Virus record (IMG/VR): IMGVR_UViG_3300027754_000085
Coordinates: 989 to 64,988 of that record
Strand: one strand, 5' to 3'
DNA: 64,000 nucleotides
Source of the DNA: a virus
Taxonomy: Duplodnaviria > Caudoviricetes
In this document: positions 1 through 8,778 of the stretch, in pieces
Layout of the letters: the number at the start of each line of letters is the position of its first letter
How positions within the stretch are numbered: the first letter of the stretch is position 1
The notes under the pieces: generated by a model
What the model saw: the letters and a program-made list of their open reading frames with translations, nothing else
Told to the model about the DNA's origin: nothing
The model's database searches: none
Position numbers and translations under genes: made by a program

Positions 1-2
1 AA

Positions 3-1170
3 GGAACCCAGGGAACAACTGGTTCTCAAGGCGTACAAGGAACATTAGGTTCACAAGGAACTCAAGGTACCCTTGGATCTCAAGGTACTGTTGGATCTCA
101 AGGAACTCAAGGTACTGTTGGTTCTCAAGGTACAGTTGGCTCACAAGGAACTGTTGGTAGCCAAGGTACTCTTGGTGCACAAGGTGCAGTTGGTTCACAA
201 GGAACTGTAGGTGCACAGGGAACTCAAGGTACTGATGGAACTCAAGGTGTACAAGGAAGTGTTGGTACTCAAGGAACCCAAGGTACTGTTGGATCTCAAG
301 GCGTACAGGGAACTGTAGGTTCACAGGGAACCCAAGGAACTCTTGGAGCACAGGGAACTGTTGGTAGCCAAGGTACACAAGGAACTCTAGGTACTCAAGG
401 TTTACAAGGTAAAGAAGGTAACTTTGGCGGTGTAACTGTTGAATATGCATACAGTACAACCACCGCAATGTCAGACCCAGGTTCAACAAATATACGATTT
501 AATAATGCATTTTTAGCATCTGCAACTCATCTTGTAATTGATGATGAAGATGTAAATGCAACAAACATCTCTTCATATTTAGCAACTATTGATGACTCTA
601 CATCAACAATTAAGGGTCACGTAAAAGTATCTAAGAAATCTAATGCGGCTGTATTTGCAATGTATGCAATCAACTCAATGGTTGATGACACAGGTTTCTT
701 TAATTTAGATATTACATACTTATCTGGTGCTGGTTCTTTATCAAATACCGATGCAGTTCTTGTAACTTTTGCTCGTACTGGTGACGTTGGAGCCCAAGGT
801 ACTCAAGGTACACTCGGAGCCCAAGGCGTACAAGGTACAGTCGGATCTCAAGGAACCCAAGGAACTCTAGGAGCCCAAGGTACAACAGGCGCTCAAGGTA
901 CACAGGGCACAACAGGTACTCAGGGAACTGTTGGATCTCAGGGAACTCAAGGCGTTCAAGGAACACTAGGAGCGCAGGGTACTCAAGGTACTCTCGGAGC
1001 CCAGGGCGTACAAGGTACAGTCGGTAGCCAAGGAACTCAAGGAACACTTGGAGCCCAAGGTACAACTGGCGCTCAAGGTACACAGGGTACAACTGGAACT
1101 CAAGGAACTTTAGGAACTCAAGGCGTTCAGGGCACTCTAGGTACACAGGGAGTCCAGGGTCTTATTGGAC
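3..1170 (+). repeat. 9-bp-period collagen repeats, with an internal duplication of about 180 bp (about 789-1150)
   Basis: GGW-ACN-CAR triplet units; the block GAQGTQGTLGAQGVQGTVGSQGTQGTLGAQGTTGAQGTQGTTGTQGT occurs twice. Confidence 0.9.
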
Positions 1171-1220
1171 AAGTTTCTGCAGATCCTACAACTACGGTAC
1201 TACTCTTTGGTGGAATGTAA
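3..1220 (+). CDS. Collagen-like (Gly-X-Y) fibre protein, 5' end lies outside the window
   Basis: The frame of ORF 468..1220 is open back to nt 3 and reads GTQGTTGSQGVQGTLGSQ...; two G-X-Y blocks flank a globular insert. Confidence 0.85.
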   Translation, partial: GTQGTTGSQGVQGTLGSQGTQGTLGSQGTVGSQGTQGTVGSQGTVGSQGTVGSQGTLGAQGAVGSQGTVGAQGTQGTDGTQGVQGSVGTQGTQGTVGSQGVQGTVGSQGTQGTLGAQGTVGSQGTQGTLGTQGLQGKEGNFGGVTVEYAYSTTTAMSDPGSTNIRFNNAFLASATHLVIDDEDVNATNISSYLATIDDSTSTIKGHVKVSKKSNAAVFAMYAINSMVDDTGFFNLDITYLSGAGSLSNTDAVLVTFARTGDVGAQGTQGTLGAQGVQGTVGSQGTQGTLGAQGTTGAQGTQGTTGTQGTVGSQGTQGVQGTLGAQGTQGTLGAQGVQGTVGSQGTQGTLGAQGTTGAQGTQGTTGTQGTLGTQGVQGTLGTQGVQGLIGQVSADPTTTVLLFGGM

Positions 1221-1952
1221 CTAAATCAGTTCCGTACTACCACTATGTATCTGACTGTATTGCGCTGCCTCTTGTAAAAACTTTATTGGACGATACTTAC
1301 CTGGCTTTAATGTGTAGGTAAAGAACTTCTTTTGGTTTTCTTCTTTCTTCATTCTGAAGTTAAAGATGTACCAATCTACTGGGCAGTTAATTCCTCTAGA
1401 CTCTACATCTGCCACAGCCTTTTCTGCGCCCCTGCGACTCACCATGTACCCAGCACATGACCACTGTTGATAAGAGACACAAACATTTTCGCCACTAATT
1501 CCATGAAGATCTTCATTAAATGCAAAGAGAGAGTCATCAGGAACAAAGAAGGAGAAGAAGTCCCAATCAGTAGGAAGTTCTTGCACGTACATTTCCAGTA
1601 CGCCCTTAAAGTTTTTACTAATAAGAATGTCATCTTCAAACAGAATAAGGGTGTCGTAGTCTGACTCTAGGAACCTCTTATAAGCCTTGTAGTTACTGGC
1701 CCAGACACCCACAACACCAGCACTGGGTGGGAAGGTCTCTCCTGGCTGGCAGTAGTCTTCTACAGTATTAACTTTGAATTCAGGATACAGATTTATAAAG
1801 TTCTCTACCTTATCAACAGTATTGAGATACATCGTAGGTGAGCCCAGTCTGGGCAAAAAAGAAGCGCCCTTAAGAATCCCATCATAAGATTCATTACGAA
1901 GTTTATTTCCAGTATCGGTATGAAATACCTCAAAGCAGGCGTTACTTAACAT
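1221..1952 (-). CDS. Glycosyltransferase family 25-like
   Basis: LILFEDD, CAGYMVSRRGAEK and PVDWY motifs typical of GT25. Confidence 0.8.
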   Translation of the reverse strand: MLSNACFEVFHTDTGNKLRNESYDGILKGASFLPRLGSPTMYLNTVDKVENFINLYPEFKVNTVEDYCQPGETFPPSAGVVGVWASNYKAYKRFLESDYDTLILFEDDILISKNFKGVLEMYVQELPTDWDFFSFFVPDDSLFAFNEDLHGISGENVCVSYQQWSCAGYMVSRRGAEKAVADVESRGINCPVDWYIFNFRMKKEENQKKFFTYTLKPGKYRPIKFLQEAAQYSQIHSGSTELI

Positions 1953-2784
1953 CTTTGCTCTCTCTTTGTAGGTAGGCGTTATTAAGTAAGGCAGTTATAG
2001 ATTGTTTCAATTGTGGTCTGAAAATAGGTAGGAACATTGATCCACCAAATCTAGGGTTGCTTTCAAATATAACGGGTTTACCATCACGGAGTTTAAAGTT
2101 TACATTTGCTGGACCACTGTAGTTAGCCAATTTAAACATCTTACGAAATATTTCAATGACTTCTGGTTCCATAGTTATAATCTTATTTGCAAAAGGTCCC
2201 ATGTTCACTTTTCCTCCTTGAGGTACTGGACCTTCAAAGGTGACGTTCCAAAGAATTTCTCCATCTTTACACATAACCTGAGTGACGTACTCAACATCTC
2301 CCTCTACGTACTCCTGAACAAGGTAACGTTTATCTTTAAACCTGTGATTGTTAAGTGCCCACTCATACCGTTGTTGGTCCCAAATTAAGGCTATACCTAC
2401 ACCGCCGTAGAGGTCTAGCCTCTTCATAATAAAGGGGAACTCTGGTGTGTCTGATGTTATGTTTATAGTCTTTGGAAAATACTCTTCTAAACCATTATTA
2501 CTTAGAAATTCATAAAACAATTCTTTGTTATTGAATATGTTTATTGTCTCTGGTGAGGAGACAAGTGTAGAACAACCCTTTGGATGATTGAGGTTATCTT
2601 CTACCGATAACGGTATAAGTACAGTCTTGTTATAGTCTTTACATACTTCCTGTAGCGGGAAATCTAAAGTATCAACTTGTATAACTTTTTCAATTGATGA
2701 GAAAGTTTTCCAGAATTCAGAGTCTGATCCAAGGGCCTCACCCCATGATGACCATAATCCTTTTCCATAAACAACTACTAGCAC
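1942..2784 (-). CDS. ATP-grasp ligase
   Basis: NNKELFY, PFIMK, YLVQEYVEG and FESNPRFGG motifs. Confidence 0.8.
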   Translation of the reverse strand: MLVVVYGKGLWSSWGEALGSDSEFWKTFSSIEKVIQVDTLDFPLQEVCKDYNKTVLIPLSVEDNLNHPKGCSTLVSSPETINIFNNKELFYEFLSNNGLEEYFPKTINITSDTPEFPFIMKRLDLYGGVGIALIWDQQRYEWALNNHRFKDKRYLVQEYVEGDVEYVTQVMCKDGEILWNVTFEGPVPQGGKVNMGPFANKIITMEPEVIEIFRKMFKLANYSGPANVNFKLRDGKPVIFESNPRFGGSMFLPIFRPQLKQSITALLNNAYLQRESKDVK

Positions 2785-3314
2785 TTAGATATCCAGACCT
2801 GGTATCCCGTTTCTACAATACTAATCTCGCCTTCACACAGAGACAAGAATGCATCAATGCCCCTCTTTGGTTCTAGGAAGGGCTTACCACCCTCTCCCCA
2901 TAAGTAATCATCAAATGCCATAACCCCACCTGGCTCTAGTACCTTGAAGGCGTTCAAGCCATCTAGTGCGGTCTGTAACGCTGTATGGCTGCCATCTATA
3001 TAAACAAAGTTATAAGTCTTCTTGTTTTGGTTAAAGAACTCATTACTAGTCATCTTGTGTTTTATAACTTTAGAGTTATTTGCAAACCGTGAATCGTAGT
3101 AACCTTCAACGGAGTTAAAGTCTAGGCTATTGTGCTGTTGCTCTTCACTGCCTTCCCACGTGTCCACGTCATCAATTGTCACAATGTCCCTATTGATCAG
3201 AAGCCACTCTGTGGCATCGCCCGTGTAAGTTCCAATCTGTAAAGCACGCAACGGAGTTGTGGGGCATTTGCGCTCAAAGAATGGCACAGTGTTTTGAAAC
3301 CAATTAGGAAACAT
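2778..3314 (-). CDS. Class I SAM-dependent methyltransferase (Methyltransf_24-like)
   Basis: LQIGTYTG, FVYIDGSH and GGVMAFDDY motifs. Confidence 0.85.
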   Translation of the reverse strand: MFPNWFQNTVPFFERKCPTTPLRALQIGTYTGDATEWLLINRDIVTIDDVDTWEGSEEQQHNSLDFNSVEGYYDSRFANNSKVIKHKMTSNEFFNQNKKTYNFVYIDGSHTALQTALDGLNAFKVLEPGGVMAFDDYLWGEGGKPFLEPKRGIDAFLSLCEGEISIVETGYQVWISKC

Positions 3315-3874
3315 TAGAACAACTTCAGGTTGTTAATACAACCACTCACATACTCTTCAGACATCTCTACATTGTCTAATAAATGATTGAACAATTCTTT
3401 GCTCTCCTCTTTGCGTCCTAGCCACCAGCCAACAACTGCCTTCTCAAACATCAAGACGTAGGGCCCATTATACTCAACGTACACTGGAAGAGATTGATTG
3501 TAATTTGCCATTGTATAAACAAGACCAATTTCTGCAAATGTGTACGCTTTCTGCCACTCCTTATTGCGTTCGTGAATCCTAGAGAGTAAGAAGTATGCCT
3601 CTGGTCTTCCTGGGATAAGAGCGACTGCCTGTAAAATGTTTTGATAAACGGCTGCATTTCTATCACCCTGATTACTGAAACAGAGGGACATCCTCAGTAA
3701 GGATGAATATGCAATAACAGGGTGAGTCTTATACCCACGATCTGCGGCTCGTAGATAGAAACCAGCAGCAGAAGCAAACTGACCTAAATCGTAATAAGCA
3801 TTAGCAAGGGCAAAGTTCTTCTCAGGATTGAAAGAGTCAAAGGCAACATCTACCGCTAAGTCTTTAATTTGCAT
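3314..3874 (-). CDS. TPR-repeat protein
   Basis: FALANAYYDLGQFASA and PGRPEAYFLL helical repeats; start re-placed at the ATG at 3874. Confidence 0.75.
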   Translation of the reverse strand: MQIKDLAVDVAFDSFNPEKNFALANAYYDLGQFASAAGFYLRAADRGYKTHPVIAYSSLLRMSLCFSNQGDRNAAVYQNILQAVALIPGRPEAYFLLSRIHERNKEWQKAYTFAEIGLVYTMANYNQSLPVYVEYNGPYVLMFEKAVVGWWLGRKEESKELFNHLLDNVEMSEEYVSGCINNLKLF

Positions 3875-4868
3875 ATGTCTTAGCCTCTTCAATCAATTCA
3901 TTAACAACAGTATTTGGGACCTCTAATACAAATGCGGAGTTATCTTGAACACCAAAACTCAATAGTAAGTTGTCGTTAATGAGGGCCGCTCCGACACAGA
4001 ACTCAATAGGAGTATCCATAAATGAGAAGGCTTTACTTAGGCCGACAAAATTAAACTCTTTATCCCACACAATTAAACGATGTCTATACGTTGAGTCTTT
4101 TTGGTTTAAATAATTTTTCCATAAGTTAACTTCATGGGTTACACACACGTAGTAATTACCCCAAGAGATTATGTGAGAGCCACCACGTTGATCAATAGGT
4201 GGAGTTGGCACCTTGTCATTAACAGTTACCTGTTTACATTCAGGCTCATTTGGATTTGCCCAAACAACTTCTGTAGGCATTGCCCACTTTACAAAGTGGT
4301 AAGGGTCATCTAGAACGGGCATCCAATTCTTTTCGCAATATGAAGTCGCCTCATTAATTGGCGCAGGAACTCGAACTCTCTGAACTTCTTTTACTGTCCA
4401 GTTCTCTTTATCAATTTCTATTTTGCTGTACTCCATACGACCTTGACCATTAGTAGTCGTATCACGACGTACACCAATCAAGTAGTAGTCACCATCCCAC
4501 TGAACAACACGAGCATCTTCTAGACCAACAAACTCCCAAATAGGAGTGTGAAGATCTAGCATCTCCACCTTGGTGTAATTGATGATGTTGTAATTTTTGT
4601 CTAGGCGGCATAGAAAGTTGTTAGTTACAAGACGCTGATCCTTCTCTGGATGCAGGTAGGTGAGCGGCCCCCAAGGACTGAAGAAGCGCTTGTCATTTTC
4701 AGAGATGTATAGGGTGTAATTTACCTGTCTTAGATTGACCAGGATATCTCCGTCACTGTCTATATACACAGATGGGTTCATTAAGCCCAGACCATTACTG
4801 AGAGAGTTAGGTATAATTAGGGGCGCTAATTTTCCGCCATGAGAAACCGATTTATGCACCAAATTCAT
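3864..4868 (-). CDS. GH130/DUF377-like five-bladed beta-propeller glycosidase or phosphorylase
   Basis: MNPSV, GLEDARV and EKNWMP motifs. Confidence 0.7.
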   Translation of the reverse strand: MNLVHKSVSHGGKLAPLIIPNSLSNGLGLMNPSVYIDSDGDILVNLRQVNYTLYISENDKRFFSPWGPLTYLHPEKDQRLVTNNFLCRLDKNYNIINYTKVEMLDLHTPIWEFVGLEDARVVQWDGDYYLIGVRRDTTTNGQGRMEYSKIEIDKENWTVKEVQRVRVPAPINEATSYCEKNWMPVLDDPYHFVKWAMPTEVVWANPNEPECKQVTVNDKVPTPPIDQRGGSHIISWGNYYVCVTHEVNLWKNYLNQKDSTYRHRLIVWDKEFNFVGLSKAFSFMDTPIEFCVGAALINDNLLLSFGVQDNSAFVLEVPNTVVNELIEEAKTYAN

Positions 4869-4916
4869 GTGTAAACTTTAGCCCACATAGTCTTTCTGTA
4901 CCAGTTAACCTATGCT
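4869..4916. promoter_or_regulatory. Divergent promoter pair: leaderless -10 TAAAGT 6 nt before ATG 4868 (minus strand) and -10 TATGCT at 4911 (plus strand)
   Basis: Minus strand reads TAAAGT-TTACAC-ATG; plus strand has TATGCT followed by a GAAGGAG SD. Confidence 0.5.
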
Positions 4917-4937
4917 CATCCCCTTCGAAGGAGTTCC

Positions 4938-5267
4938 ATGGCAACAGTTTATAAGGTATTGGGTCAAAACAACCCTGCCGCCACCACTAACACAACTCTT
5001 TATACAGTTCCAGCACTTACTTCGTCAGTTGTGTCAACTATTACAATTTGCAATCAGGCATCCTCTGCGGCTACATACCGCATTGCAGTTCGTCCTGCAG
5101 GTGCATCAATTGATCCTAAGCACTACATTGTTTATGGCGCAACAGTTGCGGCCTCAGATTCAACCGCTTTAACTTTAGGTATCACCTTAGCAACAACAGA
5201 TGTAATTACAATTTATGCCTCAACTGCAACACTTTCATTTAATGCCTACGGGAGCGAGATCTCCTAA
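4938..5267 (+). CDS. Virion structural protein (small beta-rich, tail/fibre associated)
   Basis: Thr/Ala-rich; TLYTVPA motif shared with 5752..6069. Confidence 0.55.
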   Translation: MATVYKVLGQNNPAATTNTTLYTVPALTSSVVSTITICNQASSAATYRIAVRPAGASIDPKHYIVYGATVAASDSTALTLGITLATTDVITIYASTATLSFNAYGSEIS

Positions 5268-5741
5268 ATGAGTATCTCAACAGCATCAGCCCAAGTAGCA
5301 ACACTTAGCCGATATCGCTATGTTGCTGTTGGCGCTGAAACTTCTGTATCAGGCGTAGATGCCAATGGTAACGTTCTTGGCTATACAGCAGGTATGGAGC
5401 AGGTTTACCTAAACGGAGTGATGCTTGTTCGTACATCTGACTACACCGCAACTACAGGAACATCTATCACTGCTCTAACTGCTTTAGTGGCATCAGATGT
5501 GGTAGAGATTTTAACTTTTTCCCCATTCACAATCTCTAATGCAGTTGACCAGACTCTAGTAAACGCTAAGGGAGATTTAATTGTTGCTACAGCAGATAAC
5601 ACTGTAACTAACGTAACAGTAGGAACTGGTTCTACAAGCGGTGGTGGACTTCCACAAGTATTGATCCCAGACTCAACACAGGGGTCAGGTGTTCGTTGGG
5701 GCGATGACTTACATATTCTAGACGTAATGCAAGCAATCTAA
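5268..5741 (+). CDS. Tail fibre-associated protein
   Basis: VYLNGV...DYT repeat and AKGDLIVATAD fibre motif. Confidence 0.55.
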   Translation: MSISTASAQVATLSRYRYVAVGAETSVSGVDANGNVLGYTAGMEQVYLNGVMLVRTSDYTATTGTSITALTALVASDVVEILTFSPFTISNAVDQTLVNAKGDLIVATADNTVTNVTVGTGSTSGGGLPQVLIPDSTQGSGVRWGDDLHILDVMQAI

Positions 5742-5751
5742 GGAGATATGA

Positions 5752-6069
5752 ATGGCTGTAACAAGTAAGAACCTCGCTAGAGCGGCGGCTTCGTTAACTA
5801 CGACCACAGTTCTCTATACTGTGCCTGCATCTACGACCACAGTAGTGACTGGTATTGCGGTAACTAACACAACAGCAACTGCTGGTACCTTTACCTTGGC
5901 TTGTGGTCCATCTGGTTCACAGGTCGCACTCCACACAACAACAGCAATTGCTGCAAATACAACGGTCTATATTGATTGCAAATTAGTATTATCAGCAACT
6001 AACACCTTCACTGGTGGCGCCTCTGCAATCACAATTAACTTTAACATCAACGGAGTGGAGATAGCGTAA
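5752..6069 (+). CDS. Virion structural protein, paralogue of 4938..5267
   Basis: VLYTVPA, similar length, and similar C-terminus (GxEI). Confidence 0.55.
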   Translation: MAVTSKNLARAAASLTTTTVLYTVPASTTTVVTGIAVTNTTATAGTFTLACGPSGSQVALHTTTAIAANTTVYIDCKLVLSATNTFTGGASAITINFNINGVEIA

Positions 6070-6911
6070 TGGGATTATCAGTATTTCCTGCCGCAGCGGC
6101 TGGCTTTGACCTTACAAAAGTAACACTTCAACAAACAATTACATCTGGTTCAACCGTAACTATTCCTTCTGGAATTAACTGGGTTTATGCTGTATGCATT
6201 GGCGGTGGCGGTGGAGGCAGCACACTTACGTTAAACGGTACTGGTACTGGTGGCGGCGCAGGTGGAGTAACTATTGGTTGGGCTAAAGTTACAACTTCAA
6301 CTCCTTGCACTATTGGTGCTGGCGGTGGTGCTTCTACTTATGGTGGTGATACTATTTTTGGCGGTCTTATTGCAGGAGGTGGTGGCTCTAATGGTGCTGG
6401 AAGAATAGGTAGTGGTGGTGGTGGTGGTAATACTGTAACAGGTAGTGCTAGTGGAGTTTCTTATTACGGTTCTCCTGCTGCGCTCGGTGGCACATCAAGT
6501 GGTGCTGGTGCTAACGGTTATGCAGGTGGTGGTGGTGCTGGTAATGCTACAACAGGAAATTCAGGCGCAGGTGGTATGGGAAATTCAGGTGGCGGTGGTG
6601 GGGGAACCGATAATACTGGTGCTTCGGGCGCTGGTGGTTATGGAACTTTTGCAGGTGGCGGTGGAGGTTCAACTCGCTCTTCAGGAACTGCTGGTGCTGG
6701 CGGTGCTAGTTCAACTTTTGCTGGTGGCGCGGCTGGAAGCAGCAGTGCTGGAGGTGGTGGAGCAGGATTTTTAGCAGCAGGTGTGGCTGGCTCTGGTAAT
6801 ACCGCAGCAGGCAATGGCGGTTCAGGTGGCGGTGGCGGAGGCGGAGGCGGCGGTGGCAATCCAGCAACTAATGGAACTGGCGGCGGCGGTTGCATCCTTC
6901 TTTATTACTAA
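6069..6911 (+). CDS. Glycine-rich adhesin-like fibre protein
   Basis: Polyglycine runs; C-terminal GGGGCILLYY. Confidence 0.65.
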   Translation: MGLSVFPAAAAGFDLTKVTLQQTITSGSTVTIPSGINWVYAVCIGGGGGGSTLTLNGTGTGGGAGGVTIGWAKVTTSTPCTIGAGGGASTYGGDTIFGGLIAGGGGSNGAGRIGSGGGGGNTVTGSASGVSYYGSPAALGGTSSGAGANGYAGGGGAGNATTGNSGAGGMGNSGGGGGGTDNTGASGAGGYGTFAGGGGGSTRSSGTAGAGGASSTFAGGAAGSSSAGGGGAGFLAAGVAGSGNTAAGNGGSGGGGGGGGGGGNPATNGTGGGGCILLYY

Positions 6912-6927
6912 TTCTTAGGAGAATAAT

Positions 6928-7140
6928 ATGACAATTGAAACAAAAACAGTTATTAAGTATGAGTACAAATGTGATGTATGTTCACATGACTACGTTGAAC
7001 AACGTGGCATTGGTGAAGATGCGTACTTCACTAAGTGCAATGTTTCTGGTTGTACTGGAGATTACGAATTAGTAACTCAAACAGAATCTACATACCAACA
7101 AGAAGTTCCAGACCCTGTTGTAGAAGCACCAACAGAATAA
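6928..7140 (+). CDS. Small Zn-ribbon partner protein
   Basis: YEYKCDVC...CNVSGC. Confidence 0.55.
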   Translation: MTIETKTVIKYEYKCDVCSHDYVEQRGIGEDAYFTKCNVSGCTGDYELVTQTESTYQQEVPDPVVEAPTE

Positions 7141-7166
7141 ATTTTTTACCCCTTTAAGGAGATAAG

Positions 7167-7667
7167 ATGACAAGAGCACAGTCCCTAGCGGCTTCGTTAA
7201 CTAGTGGTACCTTCACAGGAACTACTTTGACTAGCCCTACAATTACTACCCCAACTGAGACTGCCCCTGTCGTTATTTCCCCAGAAGAACGTACAACAAT
7301 TGCAGCCACGGCTGCTACTGGAACAGTTAACTATGACGCAGATACTCAAGGCGTTTTGTATTACACCACATCTGCCTCTGCCAACTGGACTCTAAACGTC
7401 CGTGGTTCAGGATCAACAACTTTGGCCTCAAAATTAGCAACCAATGACTCTGTAACAATCTCATTTCTAGTAACAACAGGTGCTACTGCTTACTATATGA
7501 CAGCACTTACTATTGACGGAAACGCTCAGACAGTTAAATACTCTGGTGGAACTGCACCTGCTGCAGGTAACGCATCAGCAGTAGATGCTTACTCATTTAC
7601 AATCATTAAGACAGCAGCAACCCCTACCTACACCGTCCTTGGTGCAGGTCCAGTAAAGTACGCATAG
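7167..7667 (+). CDS. Tail fibre tip-like beta-sandwich protein
   Basis: Thr-rich stalk followed by VKYSGGTAP...DAYSFTIIKT. Confidence 0.55.
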   Translation: MTRAQSLAASLTSGTFTGTTLTSPTITTPTETAPVVISPEERTTIAATAATGTVNYDADTQGVLYYTTSASANWTLNVRGSGSTTLASKLATNDSVTISFLVTTGATAYYMTALTIDGNAQTVKYSGGTAPAAGNASAVDAYSFTIIKTAATPTYTVLGAGPVKYA

Positions 7668-7684
7668 AAAAGGCGCCCAATAAA

Positions 7685-8521
7685 ATGAGTCCTCTTTTTT
7701 CTCCAGTATCAGCAGGTGGAATAGGTAAGGCAACAGCAACTGCTTCTACTGGTTCTCCTACTATTGACTCAGCAACTCGTGCTGGTAAAACTATTTATAA
7801 ATTTACTGGTTCTGGAACTATCACTATTGGTACTGCTGGAACTTGTGAAGTTTTTATATTAACTGGCGGTGGTGGTGGCGGCGGGTATTCAGGTGGCTCA
7901 GGTGGAGGCGGTGGTGGTTACTTCTATAGTACTACTCAAATTGTTGAAGCAGGAACTTTTACTATTAACGTTGGTGCAGGTGGAAGTGGTGGATACACAA
8001 ATATCGTAACTACAACAGATGGTTCAGGAAGTTATGCTTTTAATTTAGCGCCAATTGTAGGTAAATTGGGTGCTGGCAGTTGCGGCGATGGTGGCAATAG
8101 TGGTAGTATTGGACCTATTATTTCAGCGTTTACAAAATTTACTGGCGGTAGTGGTAATCCTACATACGGCACTGCAGGTGGTGGCGCTGGATTAAGTGCA
8201 GTTGGCGGTAATGGTACGGCTGACCCTAGTCGTATTGCTGGTTCAGGTGGAAATGGAGTTTCTAACTCAATAACTGGTACCGCAGTAATCTATGGTGGTG
8301 GTGGCGGTGGTGGAAATTCAACTGCCAATGCTGGTGCTGCAGGTTCTGGCGGAACTGGCGGTGGCGGTGCAGGAAGTAAAAGTGCAACAAACGTTGGTGG
8401 TGCAACTACAGCCACAGCAGGAACAGCAAACCTTGGCGGTGGCGGTGGTGGTGGTCCTTCAAATATTGGTACTTATGGAGCAAATGGCGGTTCTGGCGTC
8501 GTAATAGTGGTGATTGGATAA
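7685..8521 (+). CDS. Glycine-rich adhesin-like protein
   Basis: YKFTGSGT, polyglycine runs, NGGSGVVIV end. Confidence 0.65.
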   Translation: MSPLFSPVSAGGIGKATATASTGSPTIDSATRAGKTIYKFTGSGTITIGTAGTCEVFILTGGGGGGGYSGGSGGGGGGYFYSTTQIVEAGTFTINVGAGGSGGYTNIVTTTDGSGSYAFNLAPIVGKLGAGSCGDGGNSGSIGPIISAFTKFTGGSGNPTYGTAGGGAGLSAVGGNGTADPSRIAGSGGNGVSNSITGTAVIYGGGGGGGNSTANAGAAGSGGTGGGGAGSKSATNVGGATTATAGTANLGGGGGGGPSNIGTYGANGGSGVVIVVIG

Positions 8522-8523
8522 TT

Positions 8524-8775
8524 ATGGCACATTTTGCAAGAATTGAAAATAGTATTGTTACTCATGTAACTGTTATTAACAATGAAGTATTAAAAGATGA
8601 GAACGGCGTTGAACAAGAATCTATTGGGGCGAAATTTTGCGCCGATACATTTGGTGGAGAGTGGATTCAAACCTCATACAATTCTAACTTCAGAGGTAAG
8701 TATGCTGGAGTGGGCGATATTTATGACGCAGAAAATGATATCTTTAAGGGTCCGCAAGTAACTATAGAGGAGTAA
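8524..8775 (+). CDS. MAHFA-type small partner or chaperone of Gly-rich proteins
   Basis: MAHFA...WIQTSYN..FRGKYAG; paralogue of 12822..13088. Confidence 0.6.
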   Translation: MAHFARIENSIVTHVTVINNEVLKDENGVEQESIGAKFCADTFGGEWIQTSYNSNFRGKYAGVGDIYDAENDIFKGPQVTIEE

Positions 8776-8778
8776 CTA

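Noticed and set aside
712-1146. Minus-strand 144-aa repetitive ORF
   Set aside because: Shadow of the collagen repeat
1-1170. Tandem repeats resembling a CRISPR array or satellite
   Set aside because: 9-bp codon-periodic G-X-Y coding repeats with no unique spacers
6445-6895. Val-rich and poly-Pro ORFs (similar ones at 8292 and 12464)
   Set aside because: Alternate-frame or antisense shadows of polyglycine codons
5785-7203. Exact 16-mer GCGGCTTCGTTAACTA at 5785 and 7188
   Set aside because: Same frame and same peptide (AASLT); one such match in 64 kb is near chance expectation
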